Part shown: piece after piece, positions 6,948 through 14,936 of the stretch
Numbering within the stretch: the first letter of the stretch is position 1
How the letters are laid out: each line of letters begins with the position of its first letter
From: an uncultured Planctomycetaceae bacterium
GTDB taxonomy: Bacteria; Planctomycetota; Phycisphaerae; SM23-33
Reading direction: 5' to 3'
Assembly: GCA_964564285.1 (NCBI GenBank)
Contig: CAZMBZ010000002.1
Coordinates: forward strand, 1 to 49,865
Length of the DNA stretch: 49,865 nucleotides
The notes under the pieces: generated by a model
What the model was told of the DNA's origin: nothing
Database searches by the model: none
The model's input: the letters and a program-made list of their open reading frames with translations, nothing else
Translations under genes and position numbers: made by a program

Positions 6948-8588
6948 ATGAGTCTGACCAGAACATTATTACGACCGGTGGCCTTCGTTGCGGGCAAGCA
7001 TGCCGCGCGCCAGGTGCGGTCGTTTCTGGCAGCCCACGACCACACAGCCCAGACGCAGGACCGCCTGCTCGCCGAGCTCATCTCGGCCCATCGCGAGACG
7101 GCCTTTGGGCGCGATCACGGCTTTGAGAATATCCGCACGTATGAGGACTTTGTCTCTGCCGTGCCGGTGGGGGCGTACGACAAGTTGCAGCCCTACGCGG
7201 ATCGCGTGTTCGCGGGCGATTTCGAAGCGCTGCTGCCGCCGGGCGAGCGGGCCCTGATGTTCAGCCAGACATCCGGCACGACGGGTGAGCCCAAGCATAT
7301 TCCGGTTACCTCGCGCTTCCTGACCGAGATGCGGCGAGGGTGGAACATCTTCGGCGTGAAGGCCCTGACGGACCACAGCGAGGCCTGGCTCAGGCCGTTG
7401 CTTACGATCAATTCGTCGATGCACGAGGCCCAGAGCCCGACGGGCGTTCCCTGCGGTGCCATCAGCGGGCTTCTGGCGGTTACGCAGAAGCGGATCGTCC
7501 GGCGGATGTATGTTGCTCCTCGTCAGGTTGCGGACATTCGCGACCCGCTGGCCAAGTACTATACGATTCTTCGCTACGGCGTGGGTCGGGATGTAAGCAT
7601 AATCACGACTGCCAACCCGTCGAGCACGATCAAGCTCATAGAGGTCGGCCAAGCCCATGCCGAGCAGTTGATTCGCGACGTTGCCGACGGCACGATGAGC
7701 CCGCCCGGTGGCTTGCCCCAGGCCATGGCCGGGCATGTGCGATTTCGCCGCAACCCCGCGCTGGCCAAGCGTATGGAAGAAGGCCTGCGCCGTGATGGAC
7801 AACTACTGCCCAGGCACTTTTGGAACGTGACGCTGCTGTGCAACTGGACGGGCGGAACGCTCAAGTTGTACCTGCGACGACTGCGAGAACTGTTTGGCGA
7901 CGTGCCTGTCCGAGATATCGGCCTGCTTGCCAGCGAGGGCCGGTTCTCCGTGCCGCTGGAAGACTCCACCCCGGCTGGCGTCGCGGAAATCACCGCCAAT
8001 TTCCTCGAGTTCATCCCTGCCGACGAGTACGGCCGCGACAACCCGCCCACGCTACGGGCCCACGAGTTGGAGGTAGGTGCCGAATACTTCCTCGTGGTCA
8101 GCAATTGGGCAGGCCTCTGGCGATACAGCATCGATGATCGCGTTCGCGTTACGGGCCGGTTCGGCCAGAGCCCGGTCTTCGAGTTCCTCTCGCGCGGGTT
8201 GCACACGTCGAGCATCACCGGCGAGAAAATAACCGAGTACCAGGTGGTCGAGGCGATGCGCCGCGCCGCTGCCGGGCTCGGCGTGGCCGTAGAACGTTTC
8301 ACGCTTCAGGGCCGCTTCGCCGCCACGCCGTACTACGAGTTGCGAATCGAACAAGTCGACGGGCGAGACCTGCATGCCATCGCCGAGGCCATGGACCGCG
8401 AATTGACGGGGCTGAACGTTGAGTACCAATCCAAGCGCCATACCGACCGCCTGGGCAGCATAAGGCCCAGCCAGGCCCAGCCAGGCCACTTCGAGCAAGC
8501 GGAGTTGGAAACCATCGCAGCCCGCCGAGGCCGTGGCGAACAATACAAGCACCAGTACCTGCTGACCGAAATCATCGACGGGGTTTAG
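6948..8588 (+). CDS. GH3-family (auxin-responsive-promoter-type) acyl-adenylate-forming amido synthetase homolog
   Basis: First ATG at 6948 (the ORF opens at TTG 6942). Has the P-loop-like motif FSQTSGTTGEPKHIPVT, plus GLWRYSIDDRVRVTG and SITGEKITE, which are typical of GH3/ANL-type enzymes. No obvious SD. Confidence 0.75.
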   Translation: MSLTRTLLRPVAFVAGKHAARQVRSFLAAHDHTAQTQDRLLAELISAHRETAFGRDHGFENIRTYEDFVSAVPVGAYDKLQPYADRVFAGDFEALLPPGERALMFSQTSGTTGEPKHIPVTSRFLTEMRRGWNIFGVKALTDHSEAWLRPLLTINSSMHEAQSPTGVPCGAISGLLAVTQKRIVRRMYVAPRQVADIRDPLAKYYTILRYGVGRDVSIITTANPSSTIKLIEVGQAHAEQLIRDVADGTMSPPGGLPQAMAGHVRFRRNPALAKRMEEGLRRDGQLLPRHFWNVTLLCNWTGGTLKLYLRRLRELFGDVPVRDIGLLASEGRFSVPLEDSTPAGVAEITANFLEFIPADEYGRDNPPTLRAHELEVGAEYFLVVSNWAGLWRYSIDDRVRVTGRFGQSPVFEFLSRGLHTSSITGEKITEYQVVEAMRRAAAGLGVAVERFTLQGRFAATPYYELRIEQVDGRDLHAIAEAMDRELTGLNVEYQSKRHTDRLGSIRPSQAQPGHFEQAELETIAARRGRGEQYKHQYLLTEIIDGV

Positions 8589-8599
8589 ATCAAATAATT

Positions 8600-8674
8600 A
8601 AATAGGGACGCTAACCATTTTTGGGCCACTTTGGGCACACGAGTAGGCCCCAAAAATGGTTAGCGTCCCTATTT
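8600..8674. terminator. Long perfect hairpin between convergent genes (candidate bidirectional terminator or REP-like palindrome)
   Basis: AAATAGGGACGCTAACCATTTTTGGG (8600-8625) pairs perfectly with CCCAAAAATGGTTAGCGTCCCTATTT (8649-8674). That gives a 26-bp stem with a 23-nt loop and A/T runs at both stem bases. It lies 12 nt after the GH3 stop and 24 nt from the minus-strand gene's stop. Confidence 0.5.
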
Positions 8675-8697
8675 TAAGTGGCCCTATTAAGGGGCAG

Positions 8698-9645
8698 TCA
8701 GTTCGGCTGGCCTCGCAAGTGCCGGGCGGCGCTGAGGAGAAAGGTCCGTTCCTCGTTGTCGAGTTGAGTCATCAGGCGCCCTTCGTTCGGGCGCAGGTCG
8801 AAGCACCTTCGCGGCCGGGCTTGGGGGTTCGCCCCGGCTGGGCCATTGTGGAAGAACCACCCAGCCGCTCCGGATTCCATCGCTGCGCGGAGGTCCGTGA
8901 GGTAATCGTCAACGCCTGGTTGCCAGCCGTCCAGGCCCCGGCGGAAGGGTTCCTGGTAAACCACCGGCACGATCTTACCCAGTCGCTGCATCCAGCGGGA
9001 AAGCAGTTCGGTCTTCCGGGCGGTCTGGCCCGGTGAGTCGGCCTGTCGCGGGCGGTGGGGGGTCAGAAAGTCCACCCGGGCGGCCATGATGTACTCGTAG
9101 AGGCGGTCGGGGTCCATTTCGCCGGTGCAGCTCGCTGTGACAAGCCTCTCGGGGTCGGCCTGTTTTACGCGGTCGCGAAGCTGCCTGACCATCCCGGCCT
9201 GCACGTGCCGGGCGTCGGTGGCGTTGTGCTCGCTGGCCAGGTCGAAGTAGACGTTCCGCCGCTCCCGCATCGCCTCAGTCAGCACGCCGACGGCGTTCAG
9301 GTGGGCCTGGTCGTCGGTCAGCACGCCCGGGTTCCGGGAGATAGTCACATCCACCACAAAGCCGAGCTTGTCGGCCAGGTCCACCAGCCAGTTCAGGCGG
9401 TCCCAGTATGGGTTTCGTTCGTCGCCATCGGCGTCCAGCGCGGAGATGTCGTTATCGAACGCTCGCCACGTCGCCCACACGCGCAGGCAGTTGACGGCCC
9501 CGGTCTTCAGTTCGGCGAGGTCTTCCTGAATCGCCTGCTCATCGGCGCCGAGCGCGGCGAAGTAGCTTACCCCGAACAGAAACGTCGGCTGTCCATTAAC
9601 GCAAAGACGCCGCTGGTCGGCGTCGATGGCAAGAATATTTCCCAT
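8698..9645 (-). CDS. Clan GH-A (TIM-barrel, GH5-like) glycoside hydrolase-like protein, no signal peptide
   Basis: NCLRVWATW, VVDVTI, a candidate acid/base segment VYFDLASEHN and a candidate nucleophile segment VVYQEPF, in the order expected for (beta/alpha)8 GH-A enzymes. The family assignment is tentative. Confidence 0.45.
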   Translation of the reverse strand: MGNILAIDADQRRLCVNGQPTFLFGVSYFAALGADEQAIQEDLAELKTGAVNCLRVWATWRAFDNDISALDADGDERNPYWDRLNWLVDLADKLGFVVDVTISRNPGVLTDDQAHLNAVGVLTEAMRERRNVYFDLASEHNATDARHVQAGMVRQLRDRVKQADPERLVTASCTGEMDPDRLYEYIMAARVDFLTPHRPRQADSPGQTARKTELLSRWMQRLGKIVPVVYQEPFRRGLDGWQPGVDDYLTDLRAAMESGAAGWFFHNGPAGANPQARPRRCFDLRPNEGRLMTQLDNEERTFLLSAARHLRGQPN

Positions 9646-9867
9646 GCGGAGGCTCTCCCAAGTGCAGGCGATTCATATCGTACGCCCCCTGACGGTCCAG
9701 TCAAGCCCGCCGGAGGCCATCGTCCCCGCATCCATGAGTTTCTGCGGGCCTGTGATTGCTTCTTGCAGCCTATCGACCTTTGGATGTGAGTTTCATAGAA
9801 TGTGTTCAAGGTTCTGCATCGCTACCAGCAGGCCCGGCCGGGCGGGGCCGGGTGATATTTGCGGAGA

Positions 9868-11955
9868 ATGAAGATTTCGATACGCATAAAGCTAATACTG
9901 GCGATTCTGCTGCCGCTGCTGGCCGTCTATTGTGGCGTATTGGTGGGCAATTACTACAGCGCGCGCCGGGAGGTGCTCCACCAGGCCGAGCGCTACCTTA
10001 TCCAGCTTTCCAATAACGATGCAGCCAACCTGGATGCCGAGTTCAGAATGGCCGAACGGGCCGCGGAGTCCCTGGCTTCCCTGGTGTCCGAGCAGACGGC
10101 TGCGACGATCAACAGACGGGCCGATGTGATGCTTCGCGGCGTGCTGCTCAGCAGGGCAGGAGTGCAGGCGGTTACGATTGCCCTCGGACCCGCGGAAGGC
10201 CCGGGCGGGCAGGCCGACGAGCCGTTTGGGCGGTACACGGCGCGGCGTATCTCCCGCACCGGCCAGCCCAAACCTCCGGCGCGCCATGGTCGAGGCCCTC
10301 GCCGCCGACCTTCGCCGCCGGCTTCCGCTCCGTCGCCAACTTCGGCCCCGTCGCCGGACGAGTCGATCGACCTGTCCGACCCGTCGAACGATTCCACCGA
10401 GCCTCCGCCTGTCGGCCCGGCCAACTTATACGCACAAGGCATCCGCCGGGGCGACCTGGCCAAGGTATCCCCGGACTTCCGCAGCCAGAAGTGCTACTTC
10501 GATGCCAACCAGTACCGCAGGACGATATGGACCGAACCTTTGCTGGATGATAAGATCGCCATCGCCCCGGTCTGCCGGTGCGTCAGGCCAATTGTGCGCG
10601 ATGGAAAGTTCCTCGGCGTGGTGGCTGTCGATTTGTCGATACGCTCGCTGCGCGGAGCTCTGACCGAGACAAAGCTTGAGAGCGGATACTGTATACTTGT
10701 CAGCCGGGATGGCTTGCTCGTCAGCCACCCGCGGAAAGATATCGCCATGCGGCAGACGCTGGCCGGCCTGGCCCAGCGAGAAAACAAGCCCGAGCTATAC
10801 GACCTGTCCGCCCGAATGATCGCCGGCGAGAGCAGAGTTATGGAGTTCGACGACTTCCATACCAAACTTCCCAGTTGGGTGGTCTTCGCGCCGATCCGAT
10901 CCAGTGGATGGTCCTTCGGGGTAGTCATCCCGAAACGGCTCATCCTCGCGCCGATCGATGACTGGCTTCGACGCGACCTGGCCGTCATGGTCGGCGGGCT
11001 CGGGGTCATCGTGTTCGTGGTGACCATGGTGTCGGTCAGGATCACCCGCCCCATAGGCAGGTTGGTTACGGCCGTGCGAGCCCTGGGCGGCGGCGACCTG
11101 CGCTTGCGTGTCGGTGGCACGCATCGTCGCGACGAGTTGGGCGAGCTCAGCCGGGCCTTCAACGGCATGGTGCGGGCGCTGGCTCACCATGTCGAGGCTC
11201 GCATGCGCGAGGCAGCGTCGCGAAAGGCAGTCGAGAGCGAACTCAAGGTCGCTCGCGAGATACAGGCTTCCCTCCTGCCGACTCACTTCCCGCAGCGACA
11301 GGAGTTCGAACTGCACGCCATGATCGTGCCCGCGAAGGAAGTCGCCGGCGACTTCTTCGACTTCTTCTACGTGCGCGAAAACGAGCTGGCGCTGCTGATC
11401 GCCGACGTTTCCGGCAAGGGCGTGCCCGCAGCGCTGTTCATGGCGGTCACGCGAACGGTTATTCGAAACCAGGCGATGTCCGGGCTTCCCCCGGCCGAGG
11501 TGCTCAACCGGGCGAACCGCCTGCTGGTTCAGGGCAACGAAAGAATGATGTTCGTGACGATGTTCTTCGCCCACTACAACCTCACCACTGGAAAGCTTGT
11601 CTACGCCAACGCAGGGCACAACCCACCCGTCATGAGCAATGGCGCCGGCGGCGTGCGGAAGTTCGGCTCGTCGACCGGGCCGATCCTCGGCGTCTTCGAG
11701 GACGAGCAGTACACGCAGAAGGAGACCGTCCTGGAATCGGGCGACTCCCTGGTGCTGTACACCGACGGAGTAACCGAGGCCATGGATGCCGACGATCAGC
11801 AGTATCGGCTGGAGCATCTTGCCCGCATCGTGGCTGACAACCCCACGGCCTCGCCCGAGGAAATTTGTGGACTGGTTGTCCAATCCGTGGAGTCATACCG
11901 CTCGCATCCCCAGCAGGATGATGTGACCCTTCTCGTGCTGAGACGAAACCGTTGA
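9868..11955 (+). CDS. Membrane sensor PP2C/SpoIIE-type protein phosphatase (Cache-like extracytoplasmic domain, HAMP, SpoIIE)
   Basis: N-terminal TM (ILAILLPLLAVYCGVLVG), a periplasmic region, then a second TM (LAVMVGGLGVIVFVVTMV). A HAMP-like segment follows (ITRPIGRLVTAVRALGGGDL...ELGELSRAFNGM). The PP2C/SpoIIE motifs are VAGDFFDF, LLIADVSGKGVPAALFM, ANAGHNPP, LVLYTDGVTEA and DDVTLLVL. The start is uncertain (TTG 9859 or ATG 9868). Confidence 0.8.
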   Translation: MKISIRIKLILAILLPLLAVYCGVLVGNYYSARREVLHQAERYLIQLSNNDAANLDAEFRMAERAAESLASLVSEQTAATINRRADVMLRGVLLSRAGVQAVTIALGPAEGPGGQADEPFGRYTARRISRTGQPKPPARHGRGPRRRPSPPASAPSPTSAPSPDESIDLSDPSNDSTEPPPVGPANLYAQGIRRGDLAKVSPDFRSQKCYFDANQYRRTIWTEPLLDDKIAIAPVCRCVRPIVRDGKFLGVVAVDLSIRSLRGALTETKLESGYCILVSRDGLLVSHPRKDIAMRQTLAGLAQRENKPELYDLSARMIAGESRVMEFDDFHTKLPSWVVFAPIRSSGWSFGVVIPKRLILAPIDDWLRRDLAVMVGGLGVIVFVVTMVSVRITRPIGRLVTAVRALGGGDLRLRVGGTHRRDELGELSRAFNGMVRALAHHVEARMREAASRKAVESELKVAREIQASLLPTHFPQRQEFELHAMIVPAKEVAGDFFDFFYVRENELALLIADVSGKGVPAALFMAVTRTVIRNQAMSGLPPAEVLNRANRLLVQGNERMMFVTMFFAHYNLTTGKLVYANAGHNPPVMSNGAGGVRKFGSSTGPILGVFEDEQYTQKETVLESGDSLVLYTDGVTEAMDADDQQYRLEHLARIVADNPTASPEEICGLVVQSVESYRSHPQQDDVTLLVLRRNR

Positions 11956-12051
11956 GCGGTGGCATTGCATCTTGACGCCGCCGAGGGGGGCGGGGTATTC
12001 TCAGACGCATCAGGGCCGCGAGCGGCCGTGGCGTGGCGTGGTGCATGTCCT

Positions 12052-12954
12052 ATGGAACAGTTTCCAAACATTTCGATAATCGGACCCGGCAAGGTCGGCA
12101 CTGCCATTGGCATATTGGCTGACCGAGCGGGCCTGAGCGTGCTGGCCGTGGCGGGCGGCTCGGAAGGTGCCGCCGGCGCCTCCGCCAAGGCCATCGGCGA
12201 ATGCGCCAGCGCGTGCAGCGTAACCGACGCCGCCGGGGCGGGCGAACTGGTGCTGCTGACCGTCCCGGACGACCGTATCGCCGAGGTATGCGCGCAACTG
12301 GCCCGCCAGCAGGCATTCGCGCCTGGCACGATCGTGGCCCATTGCAGCGGGGCGCTGTCCAGCGAGGTTCTCGCGCCGGCTCGCGACCAGTGCTGCTGCC
12401 TCATCGGGTCGATGCATCCGCTTCAGACCTTCCCGACCGTCGAGGCCGGCGTGGCGCGACTGCCGGGGGCGTGGTGTTTCTGCGAGGGCGACGACACGGC
12501 CGTGACGTGCCTGGAAAAACTCGCCCAGGCTATCGGCGCCCGCTCGGCACGGATAGCCCGGGCCGGCAAACCCGCCTACCACGCGGCCGCCGTCGTGGCG
12601 TGCAACTACCTCGTGGCCCTTATGGACGCCTCGGCAAGGCTTGCTCAGCAGGCCGGGCTCGACCGCCAGACCTGGCTGTCCGCCGTCCTGCCCAGCATCC
12701 AGGCGACCTTGGACAACGTCTCCGCCATCGGTCCCGGAAAGGCCCTCACGGGTCCCATTTCCCGCGGCGATATCCAAACCGTCCGTCGGCACCTCGACGC
12801 TCTCGCCAGCGACGACGAAGGCGTGCGGGCACTCTACGCCGCCTGTGGACGCCAGACAGTAGCGCTCGCCCTGCGGGCCGGGAGAATCTCTCCCGAAGTC
12901 GCCGCCGAACTGACCGAAATGCTCCGCCAGTCCAACCCAGGCCAGGCGGGGTGA
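12052..12954 (+). CDS. Rossmann-fold NAD(P)-binding oxidoreductase-like protein (DUF2520/ProC-like architecture)
   Basis: Start refined to ATG 12052. The N-terminus ISIIGPGKVGTAIG has GxGxxG. LLTVPDDRI and a C-terminal helical domain (ACNYLVAL...GPISRGD) resemble Rossmann-plus-DUF2520 proteins. Confidence 0.55.
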   Translation: MEQFPNISIIGPGKVGTAIGILADRAGLSVLAVAGGSEGAAGASAKAIGECASACSVTDAAGAGELVLLTVPDDRIAEVCAQLARQQAFAPGTIVAHCSGALSSEVLAPARDQCCCLIGSMHPLQTFPTVEAGVARLPGAWCFCEGDDTAVTCLEKLAQAIGARSARIARAGKPAYHAAAVVACNYLVALMDASARLAQQAGLDRQTWLSAVLPSIQATLDNVSAIGPGKALTGPISRGDIQTVRRHLDALASDDEGVRALYAACGRQTVALALRAGRISPEVAAELTEMLRQSNPGQAG

Positions 12955-13075
12955 AGGAACGATAATTCAAACCAAGTTGCTCGCAAAAAAGCGTGGGCAG
13001 ATTGCGGATTTGACTTGGCGCGAAGTGGTCGCAACGCCACCATTGGTGTTCTGACGCCCGGCAGATCACTTCGAG

Positions 13076-13276
13076 TCAGGCTTCGAACAGTTCGCGAGGC
13101 AGCCTGTCCGCTACCTCTGCCGGGCTTGCGGTTTCCAGGAAGAGTTCCACTGCTTCCCGGAGGTTGTCGCGGGCTTGATCGATCGTATCGCCTTGGCTGG
13201 CTATGTCGAGCTCGGGGCAGAGCGAAACATAAAGTTCACCCTCTCGGTGAATCGCGGCCGTGAATGGTTTGGTCAT
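13076..13276 (-). CDS. HicB-family (UPF0150) antitoxin-like small protein
   Basis: Start refined to the Met at 13276 (GGGGAG RBS upstream on the minus strand). MTKPFTAAIHREGELYVSLCPELDIASQGDTIDQARDNLREAVELFLE matches the HicB N-terminal fold consensus (..Y.A.CPeL.g..sqGdT.eEA..N..EAi.l.le). Confidence 0.65.
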   Translation of the reverse strand: MTKPFTAAIHREGELYVSLCPELDIASQGDTIDQARDNLREAVELFLETASPAEVADRLPRELFEA

Positions 13277-13449
13277 ATAGTCACTCCCCAAATCGTAAAT
13301 CATTATACGCCAAGCTGCCTGTAACAGGAAGTCTTCGTTGGAAAAGGGAAAAACCCAGCGTTCGCTTTTTCGGATTGCCGCTTGCTATTTTGCCCGGATT
13401 ATCGTTTCTTTTTGTTCCGTGTTTAGGCCATAGCACGAAGGGAATTGAC

Positions 13450-14424
13450 ATGGCGGCGAACATTATCGACGGCAAGGCGGTGGCGAAGGAGATCAAGCAG
13501 CAGTTGGCGGCCGAGGCGGTTGCGCTGCGGGTCTCGGGCCATCCGGTTCGGTTGGTCGCGGTGCAGGTCGGTCACGACGACGCCAGCGAGTACTACACGA
13601 AGATGCAGGCTCGCCAGGCCCAGGCTGTCGGGATCGACTATCAGTTGTTCGAGTTGTCGGCCGAGACCAGCCAGGACGAGGTTGTCGGGCAGGTTCTCAA
13701 GCTCGATGCGGATTCCAGCGTGTCGGGCCTTATCCTGCAAATGCCTCTTCCCAGGCACATTAACGCCGCAGCCGTGCAGTTGGCGATCAGTCCGGAAAAG
13801 GACGTTGAGGGCATGCATCCCGAGAATCTAGGTCGGCTTCTGACCGGTGGGGGCGTTGTGGCCCCATGCACGCCGATGGCGGCGATGGAACTGCTTGGGC
13901 GGGCGTGCCCCGAACTTTCCGGAAAGGAAGCGGTGGTTGTCGGGCGAAGCACCATTGTCGGCAAGCCTATCGCGTTGATGCTCCAGTACATGGAGAACTC
14001 GGCGACGGTCACGGTCTGCCATTCGCGGACGAAGGACCTTGCATCCCACACGCGCCGGGCCGAGGTGCTCATCGCGGCGACGGGGCTCAGCCAGGGTCGC
14101 TGGGCTCGATACCAGCAGCAGCGCGGGGCCGGGAAGGATGTGGAACTCCCCGACCTTTCGCCGCTTATCTCGGCGGACATGGTGGCCGAGGGGGCGGTGG
14201 TCATCGACGTGGCGACCAATTACATCCCGACGGGTTTTGACGAGTCGGGCGAGCCACTTAAGAATGATCGTGGCGAGGTGGCTCTCAAGAGCGTCGGCGA
14301 CGTGGATTTCGCCGGGGCGTCCGCGCGGGCGTCGGCGATAACTCCCGTGCCGGGCGGGGTGGGGCCGGTCACGGTGGCGATGCTGCTGAAGAACACGATC
14401 TCCTGCGCCAAGGCGGGGCGGTAG
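13450..14424 (+). CDS. folD: Bifunctional 5,10-methylenetetrahydrofolate dehydrogenase/cyclohydrolase
   Basis: Start refined to ATG 13450. MAANIIDGKAVAKEIK..., VQVGHDDASEYY, SGLILQMPLP, VVVGRSTIVGKPIALML and ITPVPGGVGPVTVAMLL are canonical FolD motifs. Confidence 0.92.
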   Translation: MAANIIDGKAVAKEIKQQLAAEAVALRVSGHPVRLVAVQVGHDDASEYYTKMQARQAQAVGIDYQLFELSAETSQDEVVGQVLKLDADSSVSGLILQMPLPRHINAAAVQLAISPEKDVEGMHPENLGRLLTGGGVVAPCTPMAAMELLGRACPELSGKEAVVVGRSTIVGKPIALMLQYMENSATVTVCHSRTKDLASHTRRAEVLIAATGLSQGRWARYQQQRGAGKDVELPDLSPLISADMVAEGAVVIDVATNYIPTGFDESGEPLKNDRGEVALKSVGDVDFAGASARASAITPVPGGVGPVTVAMLLKNTISCAKAGR

Positions 14425-14585
14425 TGGTCTGGCCTGCCCTGACTGCCTTCGCGGGCCTCAGCAGCCTGCGTTTGGCGGAGGATTTCATCGTGTGGTGTTG
14501 GCAAAGGTCAGGCTCGCGAGAGGCGATCTTGTCGCCCGAGGTTTTCGCCTTTTTGCGAAAAACTTTGACGGTTTTGAAAAAACCT

Positions 14586-14613
14586 TTGACAGCATTTAGG
14601 GGCTGAGTATACT
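14586..14613 (+). promoter_or_regulatory. Candidate strong sigma70-type promoter with A/T-rich upstream element for tRNA-Thr/tuf
   Basis: TTGACA (14586-14591), 16-nt spacer, TATACT (14608-14613). Immediately upstream is the A/T-rich TTTTGAAAAAACC and a second CTTTGAC copy. Lies 78 nt upstream of the tRNA. Confidence 0.45.
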
Positions 14614-14690
14614 TAACAATCCGATTTTTTCGGCCATGGTGTAGGTGTATCCATACGTGGGCGACACACGGGTTTTGAGTTGTAACCTGT

Positions 14691-14762
<72 letters not shown>

Positions 14763-14936
14763 TGTATGAGCCGCGACGGGGCTGGGCTCCGGCTGGCGGC
14801 AGGCATCGGGTAGTTGCGTCGCATAGCGGTTTGAAGAAAAGCGGCAGCCTCACCATCGGCGGAAGTCGCCATGGCGAAGTCGGCGAGTCAGAAGAAAGTA
14901 CGACTGATATAAGTTTATAGGCAAGGAGCGTGACGA

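Noticed and set aside
8656-9036. A 126-aa plus-strand ORF starting inside the 26-bp hairpin.
   Set aside because: It is antisense to the better-supported glycosidase-like gene. It starts within the palindrome's right arm and has no motifs.
12965-13069. A possible HicA toxin remnant downstream of hicB on the minus strand (...IRNLPTLFCEQLGLN resembles the HicA C-terminal ..L..ILKQ.GL).
   Set aside because: It is in the same frame as hicB immediately after its stop. It lacks the N-terminal half and the GSH motif of HicA. It has no stop until it runs 200 nt into the convergent gene. The match is only a handful of residues.
13281-13345. A possible HicA N-terminal remnant upstream of hicB (..RRLPVTGSLAYNDLRFGE, then a stop).
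   Set aside because: Only about 15 residues vaguely resemble the HicA start (KLP..SG.E..K.L...GF). That is too short and degenerate to call, even as a pseudogene.
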